From Selaginella moellendorffii (Eukaryota > Plantae > Lycopodiophyta), in contig NW_003314374.1 in the NCBI RefSeq assembly GCF_000143415.4, positions 500,561 through 564,560 on the forward strand: DNA of 64,000 nucleotides, in the 5' to 3' direction. The notes under the pieces were generated by a model. That model did not search any database, was not told the origin of the DNA, and was given only the letters and a program-made list of their open reading frames with translations. Positions 1 through 12,626 of the stretch are shown here, one piece after another. How positions within the stretch are numbered: position 1 is the first letter of the stretch; each line of letters starts with the position of its first letter. A program made the translations under genes and the position numbers.

Positions 1-1105
1 CGTTGAAAGCTACGTTCTTCTCGGTGGCGCAGAATTTCTAAGTCGTCATGGTGCTGGTGTAGCCAGCATCTTCAAGATGGTGATTGGTCATGTAAAAGAA
101 AAAGGAACAATTCGCGCGTTATCGGTTCTAGATACGCTGATTCAGGTACTTTACACCTCATTTTGGATCACGCTGCCCTTACTACGTGTTCCTCTCGTGC
201 AGTGTTTTCCTGTGGATGCACCGCCGCTGTTGGAAGAGACCTTGCAGGTAGAGTGTGAGATCAGAATCGGGCTTTGAAGTAACGCTCTTTTGTTTATGTC
301 GGCAGTCGCTCTTCGTGATTGTAATTAATGGCCGGGATGAAAGTGACGCTGTGAGGGCAATGGCGGGAGCTATTCTGGCACGAGTTCTCGTTCAAAACAG
401 TAACTTCTTTGCCCATTTGAGTGAGCAGCCATCTCTGTCGCTCAAGTTGCAACAATCAGGAGTGTCTCTCAGCGCAAGTCCGGTGGTGCTATTTTTCGAT
501 TCCTGGCTAGAGAAGGTCGATGTCTGGGCTGACTTTTAAATTTCCACAGCCTCATGACTCGTATGGCAGGTCGATTCCTTGACAACCGCGTCAAAACGAA
601 AGGTGTGCGGGCTTGCGCTTTGCATTTGGTTGACGTCCCGGGAGCCGCTTATACTCGACAGACTGGAGCAAATATTGGGGTGAGGTTTCTGGCTTTGTAT
701 TCTCTCTGTGTTTATGGGATTGTTTCCAGAGTGTGCACAAGCATTCTCGAAGATGAGAAGAGCGGAGTTGCAACAGGCAGGTCAGGATATCTTTGCGTGC
801 GTTGTTTTGTCCACTCACCGCCATCTCCTTCCTACAGTGGTGATTACAACTGGCAAAACACAGAAGACGGGAGCGAGTCTTTCAGGAAGCAACAGGTGTG
901 GTTGTGGTTTCCATTCTCTACTCATTGTAACTTGTGATGAAATTCCTTCCAGATTATCAACTCGGATCCTGTGAACAATCTCTCGCTCGCTCCCTTGCTC
1001 AAGGAGCAGCTGCGGACTTGTGCCAGCCTCCACGGCGAGGCGGCATTCAACGTTGCTCTGTCGAGATTACACCCCAGGCTGATCACGCAACTACAGCAGC
1101 TATGA
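1..1105 (+). CDS. IPO11: Importin-11 / KA120-like karyopherin beta, 3' exons (5' end outside window)
   Basis: Spliced exons read VESYVLLGGAEFL...DTLIQ|CFPVDAPPLL...AILARVLVQN...DSWLEKVD...GLALCIWLT...SDPVNNLSL...LHPRLITQLQQL*, resembling the plant importin-11 C-terminus. GT-AG introns; stop TGA 1103-1105. Confidence 0.85.
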
Positions 1106-1401
1106 CGGCGATCTCAAATCTCTGGGTGCTCGGTTCTCAAGGACACGCTGTAAAAAAATGCGAGCTAGGTGACAAGTATTTTTTCTCGGGTTTCAAGTAA
1201 GTCCATCGTCTATGTACTTCGCTTACCTTTGTGTGCAGGATTTTACTGAGCAAGGCGGGGGGTAAAAATAAATTTTGTGTCGCGTGTTTCGTGTGATGGT
1301 CCAAAATGGGATCATAATAATCGTGTAAAAAAAATCAAATTTGTTTTGTTTTAAATATCAACGCTGATTAAATTAAGTTTTAATAGCGAAAAGTCACTTT
1401 T

Positions 1402-1811
1402 TTAAGAGAGGAAGGTAGAACAGATCATACCACGCGCCTTTTCCTTGCCAAGCAGTCCAACTTTCTCGAGCTTGGCATCCAAGAGCTTGATATCCTTGTC
1501 TTTAACTTGGAAAGTTGCAATGGGCACCACTTCATAGCCCGATATGTGCTGTCCACACCTCTCGACACATATGTAGATGTGATTTTCCCAATCGTTCCCG
1601 GAGCAACAGTCCACCGAGTCCAACACTTCAAAGCTCTTGCCCAGGTAAAAAGCCACAGCCTCTGTGAAACCCATTTGGCCCACAGCTCATCAACGACAGA
1701 TCTTTTTCGCTTTCTTCTGCCGTGGAATCCTCTCTTTGGGATACTTTGCTCAGTGCTTTTCACCACGTCCCTTGAAAAGGCACCGTAACACAACCCGTCG
1801 CATCCACCCAT
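1402..1811 (-). other. Small orphan ORF pair, possibly one frameshifted gene of unknown function
   Basis: ORF 1402-1683 has a protein-like composition and overlaps ORF 1425-1811, which starts with ATG. No family recognised. Confidence 0.3.
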
Positions 1812-1881
1812 GATGGAACTAAGAGAGAAAAAAGGACTTGGATACTTATAAGAGCGAGTAGTACCTCTAAGCTGGAGAAAA

Positions 1882-4828
1882 CTATTGGTTCATCGGTGGC
1901 TTGAAGAACAGCAAAAGCCTGTGAGCCTCTCCAAATCCTCCTCTCACCACCACAAGGTGCTCTTTGATCCATTCCGGGAGCTTTGCTGCCGGCCCTCCCG
2001 TGGTTACGTAGCGTCCATCCAGCAAAAGTATGGCAGCGTAGTCTTTTGCATGCCTGATTGCTCGTCCTGTTTGTCACGCTCATTAGATCCCGTGAGAGGG
2101 AGTAGCGAGACGTCTTACCAATGGATTGGTTCACGGCCTTGATGCACAGGTTTTCGTAGTAGTCCCTGCCTCTGTGGCCACACTGCTGGAGCGTGAAGCC
2201 TGTTCGCTGCTGAGACGGGGGCGAAGAGGATTCTTTCCTGTTCTTGGTGTTGTTTAGCTCGTCGATGTACTTGATCTTCTCGAGGAGTTCCGGATCTCTT
2301 GAGCTTGGATACGGTAGCCCGACCATCACCACGCACCGTCCCATTCCATCGCTGAAGTTGATGCCTTCGGACATCTTGCCACCCACGACTGACAGTAGCA
2401 AAGCACCACCACCTGTTGTTATGCTTGTCTTGTATTCCTGTAAAACTGCCTCCACTGCGGACGCGTTTCGTGGCTCCCGGAAGATATTTTTCTTTTTGAG
2501 AATCGAGGAGAGGATGCCGCTCTTGTCCCAGCACTTGTGTACTTGAGACTCGTACTCGAACGACGGGAAGAAAACCACGATCCCTTCGGGAACAATGACG
2601 GATATATTTACCAATAGGCGTCCGAGCTCTTCAATCTGGAAGAAAGGTGTTGAGATGAAAGCAAAACGAGAGTAAGCAAAGGAGAGAACTAACCATTTGT
2701 GGCGAGCTGCGAGACTGGTACGTGAAGTCGAATGTCTTTCCTGACGGACCTTTAGCTATCGCCAAGGGCAGGATACTTTCTCCGGGAACAATATGTCCAC
2801 ACGAAAAGAAGTGCAAGCTTTCGTCTGGCACTTGAAAGAGCAAACGATCACGCATCTCGGCAACGGGTTGAAGAGTTCCTCCAGCCAGAATAACTGTTCG
2901 TGCCTGCTGGACAACCTGAAACAAGCACTTAAGCTAATAAGATTGAGATGTAGACGTACCTCAGAGAAATGTTTTGCTGCATCCAGCATAAGAAACTTAA
3001 ACATGCACTCCCCATCCGAGCTTTCAACGATCAAAACGCGGCCATCACTTTGAGCCGTCGTCAGTGACACTAAGAAAGCAGCAAGAGCATGAAACCCGGC
3101 TGTGCTACTGGGCGAAAGCTCGTTTTGTTGCGAGAGATACTTGTCTCCATAGCCACTCACCTGAGACGAGAGAAACAGATTAAAATGGACACATCGCGAA
3201 ACAACAACATAAAAAAAGCACCTTGTTGACGATGTTGCTCTCTTTGATATACCGACATAGCTTGAATAGATTGATGTTGTCAATCCCAAGGGAGAACACA
3301 AAGTCATTGATCGTTGTGATCGCTGCTGGAGTTTGAACATCTTGCACCCCTGGTTCTTTCTCTCGAGACCCGACTGACATTAAGCGTTCAAGGAGAGCCT
3401 GAACGAGGACAAGCAGCGTCTGAATATAGCGACGATTTGCGGGTGCCAGTCGAGTTCTAAACCTTGAGAGATACTCTGATAGCTGCGAGCTGACTTGCCT
3501 AAGCTGCACACCACGACCATTTTCTTAGCAGGCTCCACAAGAAGTAATCCAGCATTTTCCGATATAGAACCTGGAGGGTCGAGAGTTGAGAGCTGTAGGT
3601 GTTCGTGACGGTGTCTACCAGGTTGTGTGCCTCGTCGAAGATGACCACCGAGTCCTTCAAGTTGATTCCCAGTGACTCGCGAGTGGCAGCGTGAAGGAGG
3701 GACTGATACGGTAGCACCACGACTTGAGCCATCGGAAGTGAATTCCGAGAGCCATAATAGGGACAGCTTCCAAGCTTCTGGCCGAGATGCACCAAGTCTT
3801 CAATGTCCATAGGCTGGGAAGCCACCACTGCTTCCTTGAATTGCTTTCGCTGACGCTGCTTCTTAAGAAAAGGACATGCCGAGGTTTTCGACTTGATCAC
3901 TCTTTGGTCATCCACCTGAAAGAAGTTGTGATGAGAAACAAAGGAAGGAGAGTTCCGTGTAGATACCTTTTGGCTCGACGACTTCTTTTTCTTTTGAAGA
4001 TCTAGGCAGCGGTCATTGATCCTGGAAGCACTCCCTAGCTTGAGTACGTCTACGCAAGCCAGCCCCACGTCAAGAGCCAGCTAAAGAGAACCAGCCAAAC
4101 CTTGGTTGACGCACAGAGTTTTTCGCGATCCGAGAGCGATGGTCTTCAAGGAGGTAGAGAAACTCGTTCGTTTCAGCTCTCTGATAAACTGGGACAGCTG
4201 CGAGTGTGTCCGGCTGCAAAAGAAGATTTTAAGCGGCACCGCTTCTCCTTCGTCACCCTCTTCGTCGTCTTCGTCACTGTCACTAGATTCAGGCTTTCGT
4301 TTCATGGTGGTGGTCGATTCACCAGCACCACCGTCACTGCTGTAGTCTTCCAGCAAAAACTCCTCATCGTCTTCGCCTTCCACAGCAGCCTGTAAAGATT
4401 TCGATTTCCTGTGTGAATCTCTCTGCCTTCTCTGCGAGGAAGAATCGTCCGGAGTGCCAAAGAAATCACCGCATTTCTTCTTCACCACTTTTGCCTTCGT
4501 GCCTACCAGCTTGTCTCGCTTTGTTGAGAATTCTTTCATCCACTCCGGCTCATCAGAATCCTTGTCATCTCCTCCTCTGCTTGAATCACTACCTCTATCT
4601 TCCAGCCACTGGAGCACGCTGCAAATAAGGCTCAGAGTCTTCCCAGTCCCTGCGGCAAGAGACCTCTCCTCACATTCGTTCCCCAAGCAGCAAAAGGAAG
4701 CCATTACCTGTAGGACTCTCGACGATCGCGACGCCGCCTTTCTCCAATGCGCCATAGACCGCTCGCATCAGCTGGAGCTGGATCGCGTATGGCTGGAAGG
4801 GGAATGCCGGGAATTGTTCCCTCGCCAT
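1882..4828 (-). CDS. DDX11: DDX11/ChlR1 Fe-S DEAH-box DNA helicase (multi-exon)
   Basis: [18 protein letters not shown] (Walker A, split by an intron), [60 protein letters not shown] 4828, stop 1882. Confidence 0.95.
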
Positions 4829-5021
4829 GGGAGCAAAAACCCTAGTTGGGTTTAAGAAAAAAAGTTGACTTGACTGCAAAGATTGCGTTGACTGACTGCA
4901 TTGATAGATTTTGAGCATTGCGATTGCTAAACCCCATTCATTTTCTGGATCATGAGTCAGAGAATATTCCTTCTTGGATAAACCCTAATAACAGTCAAAT
5001 GGTTGACTGGCCCTCGTTGAC

Positions 5022-5868
5022 TTAACTCCGTTCGCTTAGACCATGTCTAATGAGGCATTTTTTTGTTTCTTGCAAGGCACTACCACAAAGACAAGAGATA
5101 CGTCAAGAGCAGAGAAAAAGAGAAGAAAGAACAAGGATTACCTTCCAGCTCGAAGAACTTTAAAGCTGGCTTCTGCCGTGAGATCCACTATTGTCGATCC
5201 CGCTCGGCCAGCCGAGAGCTCCCCGGCATCGAAAACCGCGGCGCACTGGGGCCACAAGTGCTCGAATTCCTCCACGCAGATGCTGCTGGGCCTGCTGCTC
5301 GTGTTGGCGCTGGTGAGAGCGAGCGCTCCGTCGAAAGCTCTCGCAACCGAGCGTATGAAATCGCTGTCTGGAATCCGGATGCCAATGCTCAGCAATCCAG
5401 GATTCAGCGATTTCTCCAGCTCGCTCTTGTCACCTGCGATCAAAATCTGTAAGTTTCTATCATCTCTCGCGCTAAAAGAGAGAGTTTGCTCTCGCCCACC
5501 TCGATTCAAGACGAGAGTCACGGGCCCCGGGAGCAAATCGTGCAGGAGAGCGTCTGGAAGATGATCGATCCGAGCGTATCTCTTCAAGTCGGGGACGTCG
5601 GCCACGCACACGGCCAGGGGACTGCCGGCATTCCGGCCCTTGATGTCGTAAATCCTCTCCACGGCCACTCTAGAGCTGGAATTCGAGATGAAGAAAATGG
5701 AGGTAAATTCTTTGCGAGAGAGAGGATTAGTTACCACGCATCCGCCGCCAGGCCATAGAGTGTATCGGTTGGGACGGAGATGACATCGCCTCGGCGGAGC
5801 GCAGCTATGGCGTGCCTCACATTCTCCTGGGTCGCCGCCAAAACCTTCTCCGACACAAAGCTCCCCAT
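5022..5868 (-). CDS. YRDC: YrdC/Sua5 threonylcarbamoyl-AMP synthase
   Basis: VPTDTLYGLAADA, IYDIKGR, LLPGPVTLVL, IGIRIPD, ALTSAN, GSTIVDL; three short introns. Confidence 0.93.
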
Positions 5869-6459
5869 TCACAACACACGTAAGCCCTAAAATTTCTAAA
5901 ATGGGTTTAAAGCGACTGGGGTAATGAAAGGAGATTTTCTCAATTATCTCGTGGTGATAAAACTTGCAAGTTTTAGCAGCTTAGCGTTTGTTCTCTATTG
6001 GGTGTGTCTTAAAGTGTAGATCGAATCAATAACATTCTAGAAAAACATTGGAGCTCTTCTACAAATGAAGCTTTGATCGCTGTCTTTGTTTTTGTTGGTA
6101 GAGTATCGAAATTGAGCTGGAGAGGTTAGTAGTCCTACTTTTCCTATTTTCTTCGTCTTCTTTCCAAAAGAAGATGTGACTGGAAGACAACGAGTTCCTC
6201 AAGAGCTTAAACCGGAAAAGTCTGAAGAATAATTGGTGTATTCTCAGAATTATTACGATTTAAAAATGGATTCATCGAGCCGACTCCAACAAAAAAAATC
6301 CCTGGATTTGTTCTTGAGTAGTGGCAAGTCTTACTGAAGACACGTCAAGAGCGAGAAAAAGGCGCCATATAAAGTTAAAACCAATACTGACCGTTGGTAG
6401 CAAGTTTAAACCGTGGCCGTCGATGCTAGGGTACAGAATTTAAATTCTTTCATGTTTAG

Positions 6460-7943
6460 GGCGACGCTACGACAGCTTCTTCCGCTCAAGGTACTGGATC
6501 CAGGCCGCCTCGAGTTTCCAGCGATTCCGCTTCCACCCGCGAGCGATCTCCAGCGGCGCGGTAGATATTCTAGTGGTGGAGCAGCCACAGGGCGGATTGA
6601 AATGCAGCCCCTGGCATGTCCGGTTTGGTCGATTCCAGGGCTTCTTGCGCAGGGAAGAGAGGATTGTGGGGATAGCAGTGAACGATGTGGATTCGGGGTT
6701 TCATATGTATTTGAATCGCAAAGGGCAGGTCCATTTCTTCAAGAACAGTGAGGAGGAGGAAGAAAGGAAAGTAGTGGGCGGTTTTGTGAGGAGCTTCTAT
6801 CGGAGAAAGAGATGGTTTGTGAGGCGTAGGCTTGCAAGTTTGACACCGACATCGCAGCAGCTAGAATCGCTCAACTTGAAACAAGGCAGGAACAAGATCA
6901 CTTTCACGTTTGCGACTCGCGTTCTTGGTAAGAGACAGGTACAAAGCCATGGTTTTTTTTTCTTCTTGGTGTTGTTCTTTCTTACGGAAGAATGCACAGG
7001 TTGATGCTGGAATTTATTTGCTCCACTGGAGATCCAAGCTTGTGGTCTCGGATGTTGATGGAACAATCACAAAGTAAGGATTTTTCTGCGTTTGAAGTTT
7101 TGAGTTCGCGAGTTTGTCTTGCTGCAGGTCGGATGTTCTTGGCCAATTCATGCCTTGGATCGGCCGAGACTGGTCACAAGCTGGAGTGACACCACTTTTC
7201 TCTGCGATTAAGGTTTCTCTTTTTATGATTCGATTGAATTTTACGTTTATTTATTTATTTATTTTCGACCAGGACAATGGATACAAACTTATATTCCTCA
7301 GTTCGAGAGCAATTACACAATCTTCCAGTACTCGCAAGTTCTTGACAGATCTAGAACAAGTAACTTAATCGAGTTTTCTGGTTGATAAAATCTCTCAGTT
7401 CTTTGATCTTGAAAACACAGAATGGTGTGAAGCTTCCCGATGGACCTATCGTCATATCTCCGGATGGAATTTTTCCATCTTTGTATAGAGAAGGTCAGTG
7501 GATTGCCTCGATTGTTTGTTAAACTCAAGCGTGTTTTTCTCTCTTCTTGCAGTGGTGCGACGACTTCCGCAAGAATTCAAGATCGCGTGCTTGCAGGTAA
7601 ATTAGTTGAGCTCTTTGATCGTTGGTTTTGAAACGCTTCACCAGGAAATCAGATCTCTTTTCCCTCGGGATTGCAATCCATTCTATGCGGGGTTTGGGAA
7701 CCGCGACACTGATGTGATAACCTACCTCGAAGTTGGAATTCCTAAAGACAGGATCTTTACTATCAATCCAAAGGTACTTTCGATCGTCTTTTTTTTTTTT
7801 TTTCGTTTTTCTCGTGGATGGATCAATCAAGTTTGATGTTTCGGAAGCAGGGCGAGCTCATTGCGAGCACTGCAGTGAACGTTAAGTGCTACTTATCTCT
7901 GCACAAGCTCGTTAACGAAATGTTTCCTGGCATTTGTGAATAA
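6460..7943 (+). CDS. PAH: Lipin/PAH phosphatidate phosphatase, compact form (start codon uncertain)
   Basis: N-LIP motif [10 protein letters not shown]...[12 protein letters not shown]; C-LIP catalytic [37 protein letters not shown]; stop 7941-7943. Confidence 0.9.
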
Positions 7944-8061
7944 ACAGAAGCAAAGCAGTGCTTATATACTTACTATCCTCCCCTGCTAGCTATGGAAGAT
8001 CTACATTCGCACAAAGTATCAAACACGGGTACCATCGACGTCAGAAATCCTTGTGCAGTTT

Positions 8062-9034
8062 TTAAGCTCCAGTGTAGTAACGCGTTTCCTGCATCAAGAG
8101 CAAAGATCTGAGAACGAAGTAGAGCAGAAAAAAGGCGTTATACTTTTGTAGATTTGGCCTGGCTCGCAAAATATCGCCAGGCTGTGGCTCATCCACTGTC
8201 AATGGATCAATCTTCTTCTGGAAGAACGAAAACCAAAATTTAAGATCACGAAACAATGCGTGAACTTACTTTTTGCTTCACCAGCTTGAACTCGGCAGGG
8301 AGCTCCTCGTTTGGATAAAGCTGCGAGGAGAAGTAAATTCTCCGGATCCGACAATTCGCATGGACTTGCACTCGAAGAGCTTCCACATATTTCGTACCAT
8401 AAGCACGCCGGGTATAGTCTGCCAAGTTAAACTCAATCTGGTTCCATCCCGGTTGCAATCTCACAGGCGTAGAACATATCAATGGTCTCACCCTCGAGTT
8501 GGACTGTGCAAAGCAGGCGTTACACAGAACAGAAAGAGAAATTTTAACTGACCGCTGAATACCTCAAAGTTGGAGACCCGGAGATACCGCATCTCGTTGA
8601 CACTGTCAAGTATCAACACCTCGAAACCAAAGTACGTCCCCAGGTTCTTGACAATCATCACCAAGTGGTGGTGCTTGATTCCCAGGGACAGCTTCGGATC
8701 CGAGGGACAAGTGATAGAATTCTTCTTGACATTCTGGCCGATGATCTCAATCGTGTTCAGCTCGCAGTCCTCGTCCACAACTCTTTTGATGTGTCCATTC
8801 TCCACTGCTCAGGACGAGAATGTATGAGTACAGTGGATCCAAAAGCCAAGAATAAGAGCTACGATACCTTCGTGCCTCCATATGTAGAGTGGCTTGAGCC
8901 TGCAAGACTAACGAAGAAAAGAAAGCACCAAAGAATCAGCAAAACGCCCAAAAAGGATTGGATCAAACTCAGTATACTGACCAGTCACTGTAAAGCAGCG
9001 TCAAAAACGCGTACTGGGGAGTGTTCTTGAACAT
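8062..9034 (-). CDS. CFAP20: CFAP20/BUG22-like protein, divergent, with C-terminal extension
   Basis: MFKNT...[50 protein letters not shown]...ELPAEFKL. Confidence 0.9.
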
Positions 9035-9239
9035 GGCTGCTGCTGCTGCTGCTGCCGGGAGGAAGACGAAGTCATGTGAAAGGCAGTTAGGATTCCACGT
9101 GGATCGATTCTTCGGCCGTTCGATCTCATTCCTTATCAGTTTCTATGAAAATTCGGATGAATCGACAAAACAAAGAAAATGAAGAGACGATTAGATCAAA
9201 CTCTCAAGAATGTGTGTTACCTATGCTTTCTTTCTCTCT

Positions 9240-10812
9240 CTATTTTTTGTCTCCGAGAGCCTTCTCAATGTCTGCAAAGGAAACGGTTCCGGAGCCTCTT
9301 CTTGCGGGTTTTTGTTGAGAGGAATGTGGACTCCATCCTCCCATATAAATAACCTGTTTGTTCATAAAGTTAGTGAAGGGAAAAGGAACTTTAAACACAC
9401 CTGAAAAGTCGCGGGGATTGATCCATCTTCCTCTCGAAACATGGACTCGTAAATGGCGGCCGCAGCCAACGCAGTGTCTCGCTTCAAGATCTGTGAAAAC
9501 GCAGTTTGCACAGGTTCAGAAAAGAAATATAAAGTCCAGCTTTGCTGACGTACCGGGTTTCGCTGAATCAGGCAGTTCATCTCACCCATTTGTCGGATGT
9601 GATCGATTAAGTCCATAGCTGAGAGGTAGCATATTAAGAGGCGATCGCATAAAAAAAGGTGGAAGATTTACTGACCACTAGAATATTTCATAACGTAGTC
9701 CTGGATGTCCACAGCTGGAATTGCAAAGCCTGCCCGTGTTAAGAGATTTCCAGCATCACTGACCTGATGATCAGCACTGCCAGGTTTAATCGGAAAAACT
9801 TGTCTAGCAAACTTACACGAGAGAATGGAGAAACTCGTGGACTGATTCCACCTTCTCTTTCCAGCTGAGCCAAATGACACGAGATTCTGAGCTCTCTGCG
9901 TCGAAGAAACAGTCCGGTGTGAAATTTAAAACGAGAAAGGTGAGAACGCACCGGAGAGTGTCTCCGCCAAAGATTGATGCCAGAAAGAAGCCGTCCGGTT
10001 TCAAGGCTTGTCGAAACTGCAGCAAAGATTCCATCATCACACATGGAAATCTTCCTAGAAAAATGAAAACAAGATTTTCACTTACCTGTGTCATTGCACC
10101 AGGAACGTTGTTTACCCAGTGTAGTCCCAAGCAAGAAACAACCAAGTCCAGGGAGCTTAAAAGCCATGAAGTTAGTTTTTCAACTCTTCGTTTCACGCAA
10201 GTAGTACCCTGGTTTGATGGGAAGAAACTCCTCGTCGGCAACGAGATGGACGCACTCCATTTCAGAGGCGCTTGATTCCGCGCATTTGTTCAGCATTGGG
10301 AGTGATAGATCCATCATGAAAAGTTTCTCCACGCCGCCTGTATAGATCGATCTTTGCCATGAGCCAAGCTTTCACGAAAGCAAAGAAAGAAAATTACCTC
10401 TTCCTTTGAGAAGTTTTTGGACATAGTCCAGAGCTCCACCTACATTGAGAGCAACTGGAAATTGTCGCTTACAATCCTGGAAGAACGCAAAAATCTAAGA
10501 AAAAAGAACAAAGAAAGAAAAGATCGATGTGTGATTGTTACCAGGAGCCGATCGAGAAGAGTCTCAGTGACGGATTCCATCAAAGAATTATCATCCGCGC
10601 GCAGCACCGCTGCCCTGTCCCTCTGGAAATAGGAGGAGAGAAATATTTCCCAGAGAGAAGAGAAGAGGTTCTAGCTCTCTAAGTACCTGGCTGCGCTTAA
10701 GCTTGCGATCGAAGATATTCATGGGCGCCTCGCCTGGATCTTGCGACGCCATCGCCAGAGCTCGCCGCCATTCTCTCAGCGCCTGCCGCCGCGACGCCAT
10801 CGCCATCGCCAT
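9240..10812 (-). CDS. NDUFAF5: NDUFAF5-like mitochondrial SAM-dependent methyltransferase-fold protein
   Basis: Transit-like N-terminus, [73 protein letters not shown]. Confidence 0.92.
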
Positions 10813-10887
10813 GGAGACCAAATTCCCGCGATGGAGAGAATATACCCTCTTCCCAGAGGCTAGGGTTTTTCATCCATCAGGCACAAA
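10813..10887. promoter_or_regulatory. 75-bp bidirectional intergenic region with telo-box
   Basis: Head-to-head ATGs at 10812 (-) and 10888 (+); TAGGGTTT at 10861-10868. Confidence 0.6.
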
Positions 10888-11997
10888 ATGGGAAATTTGT
10901 TCGTGAAGAAGCCTCGCGTCACGGATGTGGATCGGGCGATTCTCACGCTCAAGACGCAGCGGCGACGCCTCGCGCAGTATCAGCAGCAGGTTAGCGAGCA
11001 ACCGCGGTGGAAGTTTTCTTCTCTCGCGATCGCGCATTTTGCTCACCCATTCGTCGCGTTTTCTAGGTCGAGATTGTGATCCAGAAGGAGCAGGATGCCG
11101 CGCGGCAGCTGGTTCGAGAGAAGAGGAAGGATCGAGCGTTGCTAGCTCTGAAGAAGAAGAAGGCGCAAGAAGAGCTACTCAAGCAAGTGGATGTTTGGCT
11201 TGTAAATGTCGAACAACAGGTAGAATTCGATCGAACTTTGGTATTGTCCATTGCTCACGGTTGGAAAAAAAAAAAATCACTTGACTTGCAGCTAGCAGAT
11301 ATCGAGATCGCTGCCAAGCAAAAGGCTGTTTTCGAGAGCCTCAAAGCTGGCACCCAAGCGATCAAAGACCTCCAAAGCGAGATCAACATCGATGACGTCC
11401 AAAAGCTCATGGATGACACAGCGGAAGCCAAGGCTTACCAAGACGTGACGCTTCTATGCAATCTCTTTCTTTGCATGAATTCACAGAGCTTTTGCGCTTG
11501 TGTTGCAGGAAATCGATGCCGTGCTGGGACAGAAGCTCTCAACAGAAGACAACGAGGAAGTTCTAGCTGAACTTGCCGAGATGGAAGTGAAGGTATTACT
11601 CAACTCAATATTCCTCGCTCTCTCGTTTACTCGAAAGTTTCTTCTTTTTGTAGATGGCTCTGGAGGACATGCCCGCCGTTCCAGACGTCCCGATGACGGA
11701 CAGACCCGAAGCAGCGGAGCCAGCTAAAGTTCCAGTTGCCGAGCAAGCCGAGACACAATACTCCGACATCGAGGCAGTGATGGGAAGCAACCAGAAGAAA
11801 CTCGTAGAGGACGACGATGTAGATATGCTCGATCTTCCAGAAGTTCCCAGCACAATACAGAGAAGGAAAAAAGAAGCGGCCAAGGGTAAGTGCTTCCATC
11901 CATCTCAGAGGATTAAAAGCGTGTTCTTATCACCTCTTTTTCTTTTTTCGTTTTGTTCTTCTTTTTCGCAGCGCGCGTGGATCCATTGGTAGCGTAA
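10888..11997 (+). CDS. VPS20: VPS20/CHMP6 ESCRT-III Snf7-family protein
   Basis: MGNLF myristoylation-type start, [49 protein letters not shown]; stop 11995-11997. Confidence 0.95.
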
Positions 11998-12626
11998 GAA
12001 CAGTAGGTGAGGCTCACGCCATTTTCTATGTTTGATTCTAACGGTTTGATAGGTTTGTAGATTTTATTAGGCGGCCACTGTTCCTGGCACCAAAAGCAGC
12101 CATTACGCGATTGTCTGTATTAACTTCTCTAGATTTAGCGGCATTTTTCCGCTTTCTTTTCCTTCTTGATTGATTGACATTTGCCGCGGTACTTTGATGT
12201 TGGTTAGGTGCTCTCCTGATCATGACGTGTTTTTCTTCAGCCAGGTAAAACTTCCAAGGAATCGAGATTAGTTTAACTGCAAATCTCTAATACCGTTTTT
12301 TCTTAAGATGGCTGGACTGGACGGGTGATTTATTCAAAGCCAAAGACGACAATCACGCAATGCGGGCAGCGGAGAGATTGATGAAGCGGCCGGGATTTTT
12401 CCCTTTCACTCCATGAAGAAAGTAAAGTAGAAGAAAGCTCGGTGATTTCTAGTAAAACCATGCTTATAAGCCGATGGGTCGTGTGCAGGCCATGCATGGA
12501 GGAAGAGATGGCGATTAAAAAGGTGAGCCAACCCAGTGGTTGGTGCTAGCCGCCCTATTGGAAAAAGGAAGGAGGTGGTGGTGGTGGTGGTGGTGGCTTC
12601 TCTCTTTTAGGGGAAGAGGGAAGGCG

